The notes below the pieces were generated by a model. The model made no database searches. It worked only from the letters and a program-made list of their open reading frames with translations, and was not told the DNA's origin. DNA of 64,000 nt, from IMG/VR virus record IMGVR_UViG_3300034132_000017, positions 934 to 64,933 of that record. One strand, written 5' to 3'. This DNA comes from a virus. Lineage: Duplodnaviria > Caudoviricetes. Below, piece after piece: positions 9,594 to 18,901 of this stretch; the first letter of the stretch is position 1, and each line of letters opens with the position of its first letter. Position numbers and translations under genes: made by a program.

Positions 9594-9860
9594 CTAAAGG
9601 CTGAAAAACTGATCTTGTGTGATGGGCTGTAATCCCATGCCCCACACTCCAGACTCAAATAGGCACTGGCTGAGGTCTAATCCTCTCAACTTCTCAATTA
9701 CCAGGGCATGTCTGCCCTGATAGTAGGGTATTTGCTTCCCATCAGTGTCAAACGCTCCTACCATGCCATTACTGAAGAGGACTAGATGAGCTGGCACGCT
9801 ACCAGTGTCAACAGGAAGGGCATCCAACGGAGTATCAGAGTTAGAGCTATCAATCATCAT
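9594..9860 (-). CDS. hypothetical protein
   Basis: ORF coupled to the upstream ORF by a 4-bp overlap. Confidence 0.6.
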   Translation of the reverse strand: MMIDSSNSDTPLDALPVDTGSVPAHLVLFSNGMVGAFDTDGKQIPYYQGRHALVIEKLRGLDLSQCLFESGVWGMGLQPITQDQFFSL

Positions 9861-10150
9861 TCGGCAGAGCTGTCATGGGTTACGGAGTCTTCCACTAAGG
9901 CGGCGTAATTAGGGGTTACTGGGCAATTTGGGAACGTCAGCAGAGGGCGATCGCCCTGGCTCATCCCTTCAAGCGAGTCAGCTATAGCGCGTAGCGCGGC
10001 GGGTATGTCCGCCTGGCTTGCCTGGACTGGAAAGCTGATCTCAATCTTAGACAGCGGCGTGTGAGAGAACAGCATCGTTCCCAGCCGTTCATCATTTTGG
10101 GCTATGAACTTTGCCATACCCTCGGTTGATTCAATCGTGATTTTGAGCAT
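9857..10150 (-). CDS. hypothetical protein
   Basis: 97-aa ORF with AGGA upstream of ATG. Confidence 0.6.
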   Translation of the reverse strand: MLKITIESTEGMAKFIAQNDERLGTMLFSHTPLSKIEISFPVQASQADIPAALRAIADSLEGMSQGDRPLLTFPNCPVTPNYAALVEDSVTHDSSAE

Positions 10151-10289
10151 GGCTCATCCTGACTCAGCGATCGCTAGTGTGCCCCTATGCCGGAGTAACC
10201 CGACATTTGAAACCAGCGATTGATAGGGCTTTGAGTCGGGTGTGGGAACTAAAAACAGACATTACCCGACAATACCCGACATTCGGAAT

Positions 10290-10826
10290 GTGCCTAAGAA
10301 GTCAAAGCACAACTGGCAGGCGATTCGAGCCGAATACGTTGAAGCCCCATCAGAGGATAGCCGACCCACGCTTGAAGCGCTGGCGGCGAAGTATGGGGTT
10401 AGCGGTAGCTATTTGCGGGAGAAAGCAAGCACTGAGAAGTGGAAGGATGAAGCCGATAAGTATCTAGCCAGCGTTAGCACTGTCCGGCAGACACAAAAGG
10501 CTGAGGTAGTAGGCACTGAGCAAGCCCAATGGGATAAGCAGTGTTACGAGATGTCCAAAGGGCTGCTTATGCTCCTTCACAACCAATTGAAAGGAGCACT
10601 GCCAAAGGATGGGAAGCCCGGCAGCAAGGCTTTAGACGTTAAAGAGATAGAAACACTCACCAAAGCTCTAGAACGTGTCCACAACATTGGAAAAGCAGCA
10701 TTAGGAGACGCGCCAGATGAAAGCGCGATCGCAGCTGATCCTTCCCAATACTCGCAGATGAGCGCCCAGGAGCTGGCAGCGCTTTATGCAGTCAGAACTA
10801 AGAAGCCAGGAGCGAGGGAGAGCTGA
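10290..10826 (+). CDS. terS: terminase small subunit
   Basis: Probable GTG start (MPKKSKHNWQAIRAEY), N-terminal HTH, abuts terL. Confidence 0.75.
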   Translation: MPKKSKHNWQAIRAEYVEAPSEDSRPTLEALAAKYGVSGSYLREKASTEKWKDEADKYLASVSTVRQTQKAEVVGTEQAQWDKQCYEMSKGLLMLLHNQLKGALPKDGKPGSKALDVKEIETLTKALERVHNIGKAALGDAPDESAIAADPSQYSQMSAQELAALYAVRTKKPGARES

Positions 10827-12433
10827 TGGCAGTCTTAGATCTGCATAGCTCGATAGAACGTCGGCTAGGACTGCTGGAAGATGCAAACGCTGATCCACAA
10901 CTTCGCGCGATCGTGCTGGCTCACTGCAAGAATGATGTCGTTAGCTGGTGTAACGATTGGGTCTGGACAGTTGATCCAAGACGTTCACCCGCTACGCTAC
11001 CGTTTGATCTCTTCCCCAGGCAGGCTGAATTCCTGCTTTGGCTAGATGAACAGTTTGATGGCAGAGAAGATGCGATCGCTGAGAAGTCGCGAGATGTCGG
11101 CTTCACTTGGCTGTGTTGCGCCTGGGCTGTTCATCATTGGCTCTTCTACCCAGGATTCAAAGCAACGTTTGGCAGTCGTAAAAAGACGCTGGTGGATCGC
11201 GTTGGTGATCCGGATTCCATCTTTGAAAAGATGCGGCTATTGCTGCGATCGCTGCCCTGGTGGATGCTGCCCAGTGCTTACAGCGATGGCGAGTTGAAAC
11301 TACTCAATAAGTGCAACGGCGCGGCTATCACTGGCGAGGGTGGAGACAATATGGGTCGCGGCGGGCGCTCGTCTATCTACTTGATGGATGAAGCTGCATT
11401 CGTTGAACGCCCCGATAAAGTTGATGCCGCAGTTTCCAATAACTCAGACTGCAAAATCAAAATCAGCACACCCAACGGGCCAGGGAACCCGTTTGCTAGA
11501 CAACGCAATAGTGGAAACTTCCCCGTGTTCCGATTCGAGTGGATGGACGATCCACGTAAGAACAAATGGGAGCTGCGAGATGAGAACGGCGCGATCGTAA
11601 CAACAGGGGTAGGCAGAGGTGCACCGATCGGTGCACTCTATCCCTGGTACGAAAAGATGAAGCGAACTCTTGACCCAGTGATTTTGGCTCAGGAGGTCGA
11701 TTTAGACTATAACGCCTCGCTTGAGGGTATCTGCATCCCGGCAGCGTGGGTGATGGCAGCGGTAGAACTGCATAAGCGCTTAGAACTGCCCCAGCGTGGC
11801 TTGATCATTGCGGGTTTAGACGTTGCAGATGGTGGCGCGTGTAAGAACGTATTCATTCCCCGGCGTGGTCCTGTAGTTCTGGGCATTGAAGACTGGGCAC
11901 AGGGCAACACTACACAGACAGCCTACAGAACACGAGATCTAGGGCAGCAATGGGGAATCCAACGACTCAACTTTGACGCTGGTGGACCTGGCACAGGAGT
12001 TAACGGAACGCTTAGAAGCTGTGAATACTTGCCCTTTGAAATCGAGGGGATTCTAGGGAATGGTTCATGTACTGAAAAGTGCTGGTCAGCTTTTGGCGAT
12101 CGTGAAAGTGCCGACATCTTTAAGAACTTCAGAGCTGAATCGTGGTGGCTGTTGAGAACACGATTCGAGCGTACTTATGAATTCGTGAACGGGTTAGCAG
12201 TGCATGACCTGGATGATCTGATCAGCATCCCGAATCATGGCGAGTTAATTGCACAGTTATCCTTGCCGCTGGTGTTCTACGACGATAGCGGCAGAATCAG
12301 GATTGAGAGTAAGCCAGAGATGGCTAAGAGAGGCGTAGCATCACCTGACTATGCTGACGCTCTAAGCTATGCCTTCGCCCCTTCTACAGCGGGTGTATGG
12401 GCAACGTCGCACGAAACCTCTTGGGGCTATTAG
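10826..12433 (+). CDS. terL: terminase large subunit
   Basis: EKSRDVG Walker A, IYLMDEAAF Walker B, ISTPNG coupling motif, GLDVA and SPDYADAL nuclease motifs. Confidence 0.95.
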   Translation: MAVLDLHSSIERRLGLLEDANADPQLRAIVLAHCKNDVVSWCNDWVWTVDPRRSPATLPFDLFPRQAEFLLWLDEQFDGREDAIAEKSRDVGFTWLCCAWAVHHWLFYPGFKATFGSRKKTLVDRVGDPDSIFEKMRLLLRSLPWWMLPSAYSDGELKLLNKCNGAAITGEGGDNMGRGGRSSIYLMDEAAFVERPDKVDAAVSNNSDCKIKISTPNGPGNPFARQRNSGNFPVFRFEWMDDPRKNKWELRDENGAIVTTGVGRGAPIGALYPWYEKMKRTLDPVILAQEVDLDYNASLEGICIPAAWVMAAVELHKRLELPQRGLIIAGLDVADGGACKNVFIPRRGPVVLGIEDWAQGNTTQTAYRTRDLGQQWGIQRLNFDAGGPGTGVNGTLRSCEYLPFEIEGILGNGSCTEKCWSAFGDRESADIFKNFRAESWWLLRTRFERTYEFVNGLAVHDLDDLISIPNHGELIAQLSLPLVFYDDSGRIRIESKPEMAKRGVASPDYADALSYAFAPSTAGVWATSHETSWGY

Positions 12434-12681
12434 CGATAGTGGATAGAATCAGGGTTTGAGACCAGGAACCCATTATCGAATTTAGCAGTGAGCTTTTCCC
12501 GAATTACTTGAGAAGCTAAAAGCTGAATGCCGCTCAATGCTTCACTTTCAGTTGACCCAAGAGACGATGTAGGGGTAAGACTGGAAATTGAGGCTTCAAA
12601 TTGTGAGCCTACTTGCTTAATTGAAACAGGAATGTCCAAAGTAACTTGTAGAGTAGTTGAAACCTGGCTATTGATTTCCAT
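12430..12681 (-). CDS. HicB-like small protein
   Basis: VSIKQVGSQFEASIS...GSTESEALSGIQ pattern. Confidence 0.4.
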   Translation of the reverse strand: MEINSQVSTTLQVTLDIPVSIKQVGSQFEASISSLTPTSSLGSTESEALSGIQLLASQVIREKLTAKFDNGFLVSNPDSIHYR

Positions 12682-12835
12682 AGTGCTGGAAGTGTAGGTG
12701 AGTAGTGACAGCGCTAGGATGCCCTAAATCTCTCTCCCCTCTACGCTCTTTAACTGAGTTTCACTCTAAAAGAGCTGACAGCCCGGAAAGACGGGCACAA
12801 AAAGCTTTATCATCTTCCCTAAAAGGGGAGAGGTT

Positions 12836-13153
12836 ATGAATTCGGCAAGCTTAAGGTTTATCAAGCAAAACTGGCAGCTCATATTCCACAAGAGCGCCAA
12901 AGATTTTCAGCCAGTGATTGATAAGACATCTCTCGCATCTCTGCAAGCGATCGTAACGGTCTTAAAGCGTGACAATTGGCGAACGTTGAATGAGCTGGCA
13001 GAGGTAACAGGACTGAACAAAACGACTGTTGCAGAGATCACAGCAGCTCTTGAGAGAGAGCTATTTGAACGCTTCCTCTGCCCTGACCCGGATAGGGGCA
13101 GAGGGGATGAGGTTGCTGTAGGGCTGCTTAAAACTTCGAGGTTTACGCGCTAG
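12836..13153 (+). CDS. winged-HTH protein
   Basis: WRTLNELAEVTGLNKTTVAEIT. Confidence 0.6.
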   Translation: MNSASLRFIKQNWQLIFHKSAKDFQPVIDKTSLASLQAIVTVLKRDNWRTLNELAEVTGLNKTTVAEITAALERELFERFLCPDPDRGRGDEVAVGLLKTSRFTR

Positions 13154-13564
13154 CTTGAACTGGTAGCGCGGATGCAGTTTGGGTGAGTGACTGCGATAGC
13201 GATCGCGTAGTATCTTGACTATCAGCCAATGGTAAAACTCAGCATCTTCCCAGGTACGAAAGCGCCGCTGTAGTTCATTGTGTTCGCCCCCAAAAATCAT
13301 TGTTTCAAATAGCCCCATAGGCAGGCTATCTGGATCGCTCCAAATAATGTGAGGCAACCCCAGAAACACTGTAGAAATCCTGACCTTTCCACCCATGAAA
13401 GAAGTTTGGGCAATTCTGCGATCGCACTGCTCATAACTTATTGCCCAATCCAAGAAGTCTGAGCATGGGACGGGCGTTTTGCCCTTTAGGACATATCGAT
13501 CAAAGGACGCTGTAATCGAGGATAAAAGGTCATCAAAGGAAAGGAGAGGATCATTGTCAGACAT
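13061..13564 (-). CDS. conserved phage hypothetical protein
   Basis: ISTVFLGL...LFETMIFGG...RFRTWEDA motif; probable start MSDND. Confidence 0.6.
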   Translation of the reverse strand: MSDNDPLLSFDDLLSSITASFDRYVLKGKTPVPCSDFLDWAISYEQCDRRIAQTSFMGGKVRISTVFLGLPHIIWSDPDSLPMGLFETMIFGGEHNELQRRFRTWEDAEFYHWLIVKILRDRYRSHSPKLHPRYQFKLARKPRSFKQPYSNLIPSAPIRVRAEEAFK

Positions 13565-13776
13565 TAGCTCACCCCTAATCGCTCTCTTCAGTTTACGGGT
13601 GAAGCTGCGGGAATTCACCAACCGCCTTCATAAAGTGCTTATTTATACCTCTTCATAATTGCAACATACGCACGTTAAGGCTTAAACAAGGCTTAAGAAT
13701 TACCGTGTAAGTACTGGGATGACAGGGTTTCGAGGGTGCCACCATTGATTTAGTTGCATTTCGTGAGTTCCCTGTA

Positions 13777-14535
13777 ATGACCGTCACACCTGAAAGTCTT
13801 AAAGCCCGTAAAAACTCGACTGAACTTCTCTGGAAACACTTTAAACACAGAATTAGCAAGCAGGAAAAAGCACTAGAAAGCAGAAATGCAGCGGTTTTAG
13901 CCCACCAGAAGTTAGTACAGTCTGAAGCTCATAAGATGGCATCCCGGTGCAGAGTCAGCTATGAAGACTTAGAACAGCTTGGCATGATTGGTTTGGTGAG
14001 AGCAGTTGAGCGCTTCGATCCAACAATGGGCGTATCTTTCAGCTCGTTTGCAGTGCCCTACATTCGGGGGCAGATGTTACACCACCTTAGAGATCACGGC
14101 AGCTCTATAAAAGTGCCTCGCCGGATGCGGGAAGCAAACGCGGCGGCTGGAAAGATTGAACGTCAGTGGGTTGCAGTCCGGGGCAAAGCTCCAACTGAGA
14201 CGGAGACAGCAGCAGAGATGGGTATCACTGTTCAGAAATTGCGGAACGTGCGAGCAGCGATCGCCAATCAGATGGCACTGCCTTTACAAGAGGAATACTG
14301 CGATATTCCAGCACCAGAAACCTACACCCTTAACGAAGAAAGCAACGGTAGGCTAGAGCGCGCCTGGTCGCAGCTCCGCACGAACCTACAGCAGTTGCAC
14401 CCATCAGAGCAAGAATTGATTCGCTTGGTGTACTTCAATCGACTCTCTATCAATGCAGTTGCAAAGCTCCACAAGCTCGATGCAGAAGCACTGCGAGGCA
14501 AATTGAATCGGATCTTACTTAGGATTGCTAATTAG
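13777..14535 (+). CDS. group 3 (SigF/SigB/FliA-like) RNA polymerase sigma factor
   Basis: Region 2 DLEQLGMIGLVRAVERFDP..FSSFAVPYIRGQMLHHLRD, IKVPRR; region 4 divergent. Confidence 0.92.
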   Translation: MTVTPESLKARKNSTELLWKHFKHRISKQEKALESRNAAVLAHQKLVQSEAHKMASRCRVSYEDLEQLGMIGLVRAVERFDPTMGVSFSSFAVPYIRGQMLHHLRDHGSSIKVPRRMREANAAAGKIERQWVAVRGKAPTETETAAEMGITVQKLRNVRAAIANQMALPLQEEYCDIPAPETYTLNEESNGRLERAWSQLRTNLQQLHPSEQELIRLVYFNRLSINAVAKLHKLDAEALRGKLNRILLRIAN

Positions 14536-14575
14536 AGAGTGTGGGAACGTTTTAGCAGTAATAGTTTGACTTGTC

Positions 14576-15013
14576 ATGTTCCCTACTGCCCCTATCAATA
14601 CGAATACGATCGCGCTTATCGCAGAAACACCCACCGTCGATCTACCCTCTCCAAAATCGCTAGAAAACTGGGGATTATTCGGGGTAATCGCCTATCTCTG
14701 TGTGCAGAAGGGATGGGAAGTCTTCAGCAAAAAGGAATCCCACGAAGCCGATCTAACCACAAAACTTGTAGAAGGTTTAAACGCTAATCAGGCTCAGATG
14801 TTAGCGAACATGACCAGCTTCTTAGACAAAACTCACGGTGAAACACGCGAGTTGAAAGACGCGATCGTTGAGCTGAAGTCTGCGATGGTGGGACTACAGG
14901 GCACTATCAGAGAAGAGCTGAGAGCCGAATTCCATGATCAGAGTTCCGCTATTGGTGAGCTGAAACTGTCTGTGTGCCAGCTTCAGAAAGATATGGACAG
15001 GCTGAATAAGTAG
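14576..15013 (+). CDS. single-TM coiled-coil protein (holin-like candidate)
   Basis: TM segment WGLFGVIAYLCV followed by coiled coil; late-promoter motif at 14541. Confidence 0.5.
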   Translation: MFPTAPINTNTIALIAETPTVDLPSPKSLENWGLFGVIAYLCVQKGWEVFSKKESHEADLTTKLVEGLNANQAQMLANMTSFLDKTHGETRELKDAIVELKSAMVGLQGTIREELRAEFHDQSSAIGELKLSVCQLQKDMDRLNK

Positions 15014-15074
15014 TTTCCCGAATTACAAAGAAAGTATAAAAAGCTAGAATCTACTCCTGTTGCCGAGTAGCGCT

Positions 15075-15356
15075 ATGCTGACTATCACACCCCCCGTAAT
15101 TACCGATTCGCAGCTTCAAGAGCTGGCGGAAACGGTGACGGTTCGAGAAGGACTGGTGGGTGAATTGATCTGTCTGCTGCAAAAAATCAGAACAGCCTAC
15201 GCCGCTCATGGCACACCAGGACTCAGTTTTAGAGATAGACAGCGGCTCAAGGCGTTAGGCGTTGGGCTTGATCAGAAAGTGAGTTTAGAGCTGTACCAGG
15301 CGTTGCTAGAAACTGGGCAAATAGAAAGCCCCAGGCTATTACTAGCAAGGGGCTGA
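15075..15356 (+). CDS. hypothetical protein
   Basis: ORF, probable start MLTITP. Confidence 0.5.
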   Translation: MLTITPPVITDSQLQELAETVTVREGLVGELICLLQKIRTAYAAHGTPGLSFRDRQRLKALGVGLDQKVSLELYQALLETGQIESPRLLLARG

Positions 15357-15417
15357 TTCCCATTTAAGGAAGCGATTGGATTGGCTAAATCGCCTTAATC
15401 GCTCGATTGTAACCTAC

Positions 15418-15579
15418 CTACTTTTGTTGGTTCCGCTCCTTTACTGGAATGCTCTCTAGCTGAGTTGCCGCTTTATCAGCGGCTTGGCGCAGTGCATCTT
15501 CGGCAGTTTGCCGGAGGATAGAAGCACCAACACTTTTGAGAACAGACAGCAATTTAGAACCAATTAGTTTGAGATTCAT
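15418..15579 (-). CDS. small amphipathic protein (possible lysis accessory)
   Basis: MNLKLIGSKLLSVLKSVGASIL...; GTGGGAAC motif at 15611-15618 on the minus strand. Confidence 0.5.
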   Translation of the reverse strand: MNLKLIGSKLLSVLKSVGASILRQTAEDALRQAADKAATQLESIPVKERNQQK

Positions 15580-15707
15580 CGGAACACCAACGACGCATGA
15601 GCGCTCTAACGTTCCCACGCTCTACAATGGCTGTATCGCTCCTGATTTCGCGTTGTTTAGGGCAGCGCTTGACTCTCACAACTGGTAGGGGCGGTTTTTT
15701 GGTGCAA

Positions 15708-15774
15708 ACTTTTAAGAGTCTGGACGTTTAAGCTCCTAAGAGTCTGGACGTTTAAGAGTTTAAGCGTGTAGAAT
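15708..15774 (+). promoter_or_regulatory. parA promoter overlapped by an octamer array
   Basis: GAGTCTGG ACGTTTAA GCTCCTAA GAGTCTGG ACGTTTAA GAGTTTAA; TGGACG-18-TAGAAT. Confidence 0.7.
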
Positions 15775-15798
15775 GCTCTCACCCAGTTTGAGAGAGTT

Positions 15799-16401
15799 AT
15801 GGCAAAGATCATCATGATTACTTCCCACAAGGGAGGTGTCGGAAAAACCACAACAGCAATCAATCTCGGTTGCTTGTTTGCTAAAGAGGGTAAGCAAGTG
15901 CTGGTGATTGACACAGATCCAAACAAATCAGCGATCGTCTGGGCGCGGAACGGAACACTACCGATCAAGGTAGTGCCGGAAGCTCAATCAGCTCGGCTCC
16001 TGCAAAAGGAGCAATTCGACATCATAATTTTCGATACCCCCGGCAGACCGAACAAGGAAGAGATAGCGGAGCTGGCAGAGGGTAGCGACCTGGTGATCCT
16101 TCCGACTACTCCCCGGACATTAGCGATCGCCACACTGAAAGAGCTTGCAGGGAGTCTATCTGAAACTCAATGCACCTTCAAAGTGCTGATCTGCGACTCA
16201 CCACCAGCACCGCAGACAGACGGCGCTGATGCCTACGAGGGCATCAACGGAATGGGCATCCCTGTCTTCAAAAGGCTGATAAGAAGCTTTAAAGCATACG
16301 AACACGCTGCGAATGCAGGCATACCAGTCTATGAAGTGAAGAGGGTTGGGAAAGTCGCTTGGCGCGATTGGGAAGTGTTGAGGGAGGAAATTGAGCTATG
16401 A
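15799..16401 (+). CDS. parA: type Ib ParA partition ATPase
   Basis: Deviant Walker A KGGVGKTT, IDTDPN, DTPG; short, no N-terminal HTH. Confidence 0.93.
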   Translation: MAKIIMITSHKGGVGKTTTAINLGCLFAKEGKQVLVIDTDPNKSAIVWARNGTLPIKVVPEAQSARLLQKEQFDIIIFDTPGRPNKEEIAELAEGSDLVILPTTPRTLAIATLKELAGSLSETQCTFKVLICDSPPAPQTDGADAYEGINGMGIPVFKRLIRSFKAYEHAANAGIPVYEVKRVGKVAWRDWEVLREEIEL

Positions 16402-16847
16402 GCGCGAAAAAAAGCAGATTCGGAGACATCTTGGGAGCCGCCAGGGGTGAAACTGTTCCTGTTGAGCCTGTAACGCCGGAGGATGATTTACCCCCTAAAC
16501 CCTTACCCCCTACTCCTCACACAACACCTGACACCCAACAACTGAAAACTAATAATTCAAAACCTAAAACTCAAAACTCAAAACTTACACAAGTTTCGAC
16601 ATCGGGGGGGAAAGTGACTAAGAGCAAATCTGGAGAGTATCTGAAAACCAGTATCTATCTGACTCATCAGATCAGTGCTGAACTGGACGCTTTCATCAGT
16701 GCCCAGAATCTTGAGGCTGTCAGGTCAGGGTCAGAAAAACTCGATCGCTCTGATGTGATCGAACTGCTGATCCAGGCTATAGCAAGGCTGAATCAGAGCA
16801 GAATGAGTAAGTCTGAGGTGCTGAACTTCATTAGGAGTTTGGAATAA
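16398..16847 (+). CDS. ParG-like RHH centromere-binding partner
   Basis: 4-bp overlap with parA; disordered N-terminus, C-terminal RHH (TSIYLTHQISAELD...DRSDVIELLI). Confidence 0.75.
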   Translation: MSAKKSRFGDILGAARGETVPVEPVTPEDDLPPKPLPPTPHTTPDTQQLKTNNSKPKTQNSKLTQVSTSGGKVTKSKSGEYLKTSIYLTHQISAELDAFISAQNLEAVRSGSEKLDRSDVIELLIQAIARLNQSRMSKSEVLNFIRSLE

Positions 16848-16913
16848 AAATAGGGATCCACGGTTGGATCCCTTGAAGTTGCATTTCCAAAAACTGACAA
16901 TTTCAGTTTAACC

Positions 16914-17192
16914 TTATGCAACCGCTACTTTCTCCTTGAGTAGCTTGCCAGCACTGAAGGCAGGAACCTTTGTAGCTGGAATTTGAATTGTCGCGCCCGT
17001 CGAAGGATTGCGCCCCTCTCGCGCTGATCTTTCCCTTACTTCAAAGGTGCCAAAGCCAACGAGCGTTACTTTGTCGCCAGAAGCTAGAGCCTCTGTCAAC
17101 ACTTCTAAAAAGGCATCGATCGCTGCATTAGCGTCTTTTTTGGTCATGCTGGCTTTGCCAGCGATCGCGTCTACCAGTTCACCTTTATTCAT
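16914..17192 (-). CDS. hup: histone-like DNA-binding protein HU
   Basis: MNKGELVDAIA...GDKVTLVGFGTFEVRER..REGRNP...VPAFSAGKLLKE. Confidence 0.97.
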   Translation of the reverse strand: MNKGELVDAIAGKASMTKKDANAAIDAFLEVLTEALASGDKVTLVGFGTFEVRERSAREGRNPSTGATIQIPATKVPAFSAGKLLKEKVAVA

Positions 17193-17255
17193 AGTTCTTT
17201 CCCATCCAGTACGCTACAACCCGCATTATATAAGGGTTAACTGGGCGTGAAACAC

Positions 17256-17292
17256 TAAGAGGGGGATGTAAGTTATTTACATCCCCCTCTTA
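17256..17292. terminator. 16-bp perfect inverted repeat (terminator or operator)
   Basis: TAAGAGGGGGATGTAA-gttat-TTACATCCCCCTCTTA. Confidence 0.55.
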
Positions 17293-17437
17293 GATTGAAT
17301 TGAAACGTTTCCATTCAATTAGCTACCCCAACAAGTGGGGCAACTCCAAATTAACTCATCTGGAAAAACACGTCAATAAAAACCCCTCACTTTGGAGGGG
17401 TGATTAACATTGGTGTATAAGTAAGATTGCAATAACT

Positions 17438-18013
17438 TTACGCCAGAATCAGCTCTGGAGTTAAAGTTGGTAGCGGGTCAAACTTGCACCAGCCGATATG
17501 CACCCGATCATAGGGGTGGTGCGGATATTCTGTTGCACTGCTGGGGGCATAGGAGGTGATTCTATCTATCACCCAATCCCCTTCGATTGACTTCACTTTA
17601 GTCGGATGATCATCGATTGGGGTATACCCTGCGATAGTGCGATCGCCGATCTGTGGAAAGTCTTCAGCGTCGTACATAACGCTGATTCCTAATTGCTTCT
17701 CGTTATTAATCCCGGAAACTTCAATTACTAGATCGAAGCGAGTGAAACCTAAATCTGGGTATTCATAACGAGCTGTGTTGCAGCTCCACTTTTCAAACGG
17801 TGGAAGAGCTGACCCTACAGGTTTAAACTCGATCAAGTTAACCTGCAAGTCTTCTGATAGCTCCATCCCTTTATAGGTGAAGATTGCGGCGATCTCAAAG
17901 TCTAGATCATCCATCCTAACGATGTCACCGATCGCTGGAGTTTCCCCCCATTCAGTTCGGAGATGATCCGCATCGCTGCCATACTTGACGGCTTCAAAGA
18001 TGTTTAATTTCAT
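17438..18013 (-). CDS. hypothetical protein with internal duplication
   Basis: PAIGD..FEIAAIFTY and PQIGD..WVIDRITSY repeats; SD AAGGAG. Confidence 0.7.
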   Translation of the reverse strand: MKLNIFEAVKYGSDADHLRTEWGETPAIGDIVRMDDLDFEIAAIFTYKGMELSEDLQVNLIEFKPVGSALPPFEKWSCNTARYEYPDLGFTRFDLVIEVSGINNEKQLGISVMYDAEDFPQIGDRTIAGYTPIDDHPTKVKSIEGDWVIDRITSYAPSSATEYPHHPYDRVHIGWCKFDPLPTLTPELILA

Positions 18014-18025
18014 TTCCTCTCCTTA

Positions 18026-18472
18026 CTAGGGGCTATCAAACTCTCTAGATGAATTATAGCGAGTATCTCTGTCGCTGTAATACCCGCTATTGGCTGAATC
18101 CGGCGGGGTAACTCTGAATCTACAGATCCACTTCAGCGGTCCAGTTCCACCGACAAACCGAGGGCGAAGCATGGTTACATTCCGCTGATCTCGCTCCATA
18201 CTCCTGAACATGCTCAGGCAAGCTTCAGGTGATACCGCTGCATGTTCTTCGATACTGCTTTCTTCTGCTCCCGGTTCTTGCTGGGTGTTGAACTCAGGAG
18301 CGGGAGCGGGGGCGAGATTTTGCGGTGGAGGATCAACAGGGGCAGCTCTACTCGCCGCAGCTCCACCACTTACCGCAGCTCCCCCGCCAACTCCAACTCC
18401 AGCTTCAGAGCTTACTGAATGTGCAACGCAACCAGTAAGCAGTATGAACACTAAAAAATAAACAAACTTCAT
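18026..18472 (-). CDS. lipoprotein
   Basis: Signal peptide with lipobox LLTGC; GGAAA and PQNLAPAPAPE tether. Confidence 0.75.
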   Translation of the reverse strand: MKFVYFLVFILLTGCVAHSVSSEAGVGVGGGAAVSGGAAASRAAPVDPPPQNLAPAPAPEFNTQQEPGAEESSIEEHAAVSPEACLSMFRSMERDQRNVTMLRPRFVGGTGPLKWICRFRVTPPDSANSGYYSDRDTRYNSSREFDSP

Positions 18473-18897
18473 CGTCCCATTTTCCCTCTCCAGTCGTCGT
18501 TTTTAGAACTACTGAACCCATTGATATAGTACGGGTCATCAGGTAGCTTTTGATAGATACAAACCCATCTATGCCGGCTTGAGCGGTTGGGATTTGGCCG
18601 CTTTCCAGTCCACCGCAGTCGCCGCCCATCTTGCTTTTCAAGAACTTCCTGCCTGTATGTTTCACAATCTTCGTCATCAGTGATAACGAATTGGACCTCA
18701 TTGATCTGGGAATACATTTCAGGAGCAGGAGCAGGAGCTAAATTCTGAGGTGCTTCATAGCTCCCAGAATTGGCAGCAGTACCCGCCGCCGCTCCGCCGC
18801 TAATAGCTCTGCTTTCGACTCCCGACTCCTGTGCAACCGGAGAGGCAACACAGGAGGACAGAAGAAATAGAGATGGCAATAGCAAGAATCGCTTCAT
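18469..18897 (-). CDS. lipoprotein, paralog of 18026-18472
   Basis: Lipobox LSSC; same GGAAA and PQNLAPAPAPE motifs. Confidence 0.75.
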   Translation of the reverse strand: MKRFLLLPSLFLLSSCVASPVAQESGVESRAISGGAAAGTAANSGSYEAPQNLAPAPAPEMYSQINEVQFVITDDEDCETYRQEVLEKQDGRRLRWTGKRPNPNRSSRHRWVCIYQKLPDDPYYINGFSSSKNDDWRGKMGR

Positions 18898-18901
18898 AGT
18901 C

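Noticed and set aside
9570-9610. Heptamer runs (GGATAAA/GGCTAAA; also CAAAACT at 16551-16590)
   Set aside because: Resemble common cyanobacterial short tandem repeats; no specific function supported
10242-10289. terS start at 10242
   Set aside because: That GTG is part of the GTGGGAACT promoter motif
13766-13772. Minus-strand GGGAACT just upstream of the sigma gene
   Set aside because: Flanks match the consensus poorly and the nearest minus-strand start is about 200 bp away; not counted
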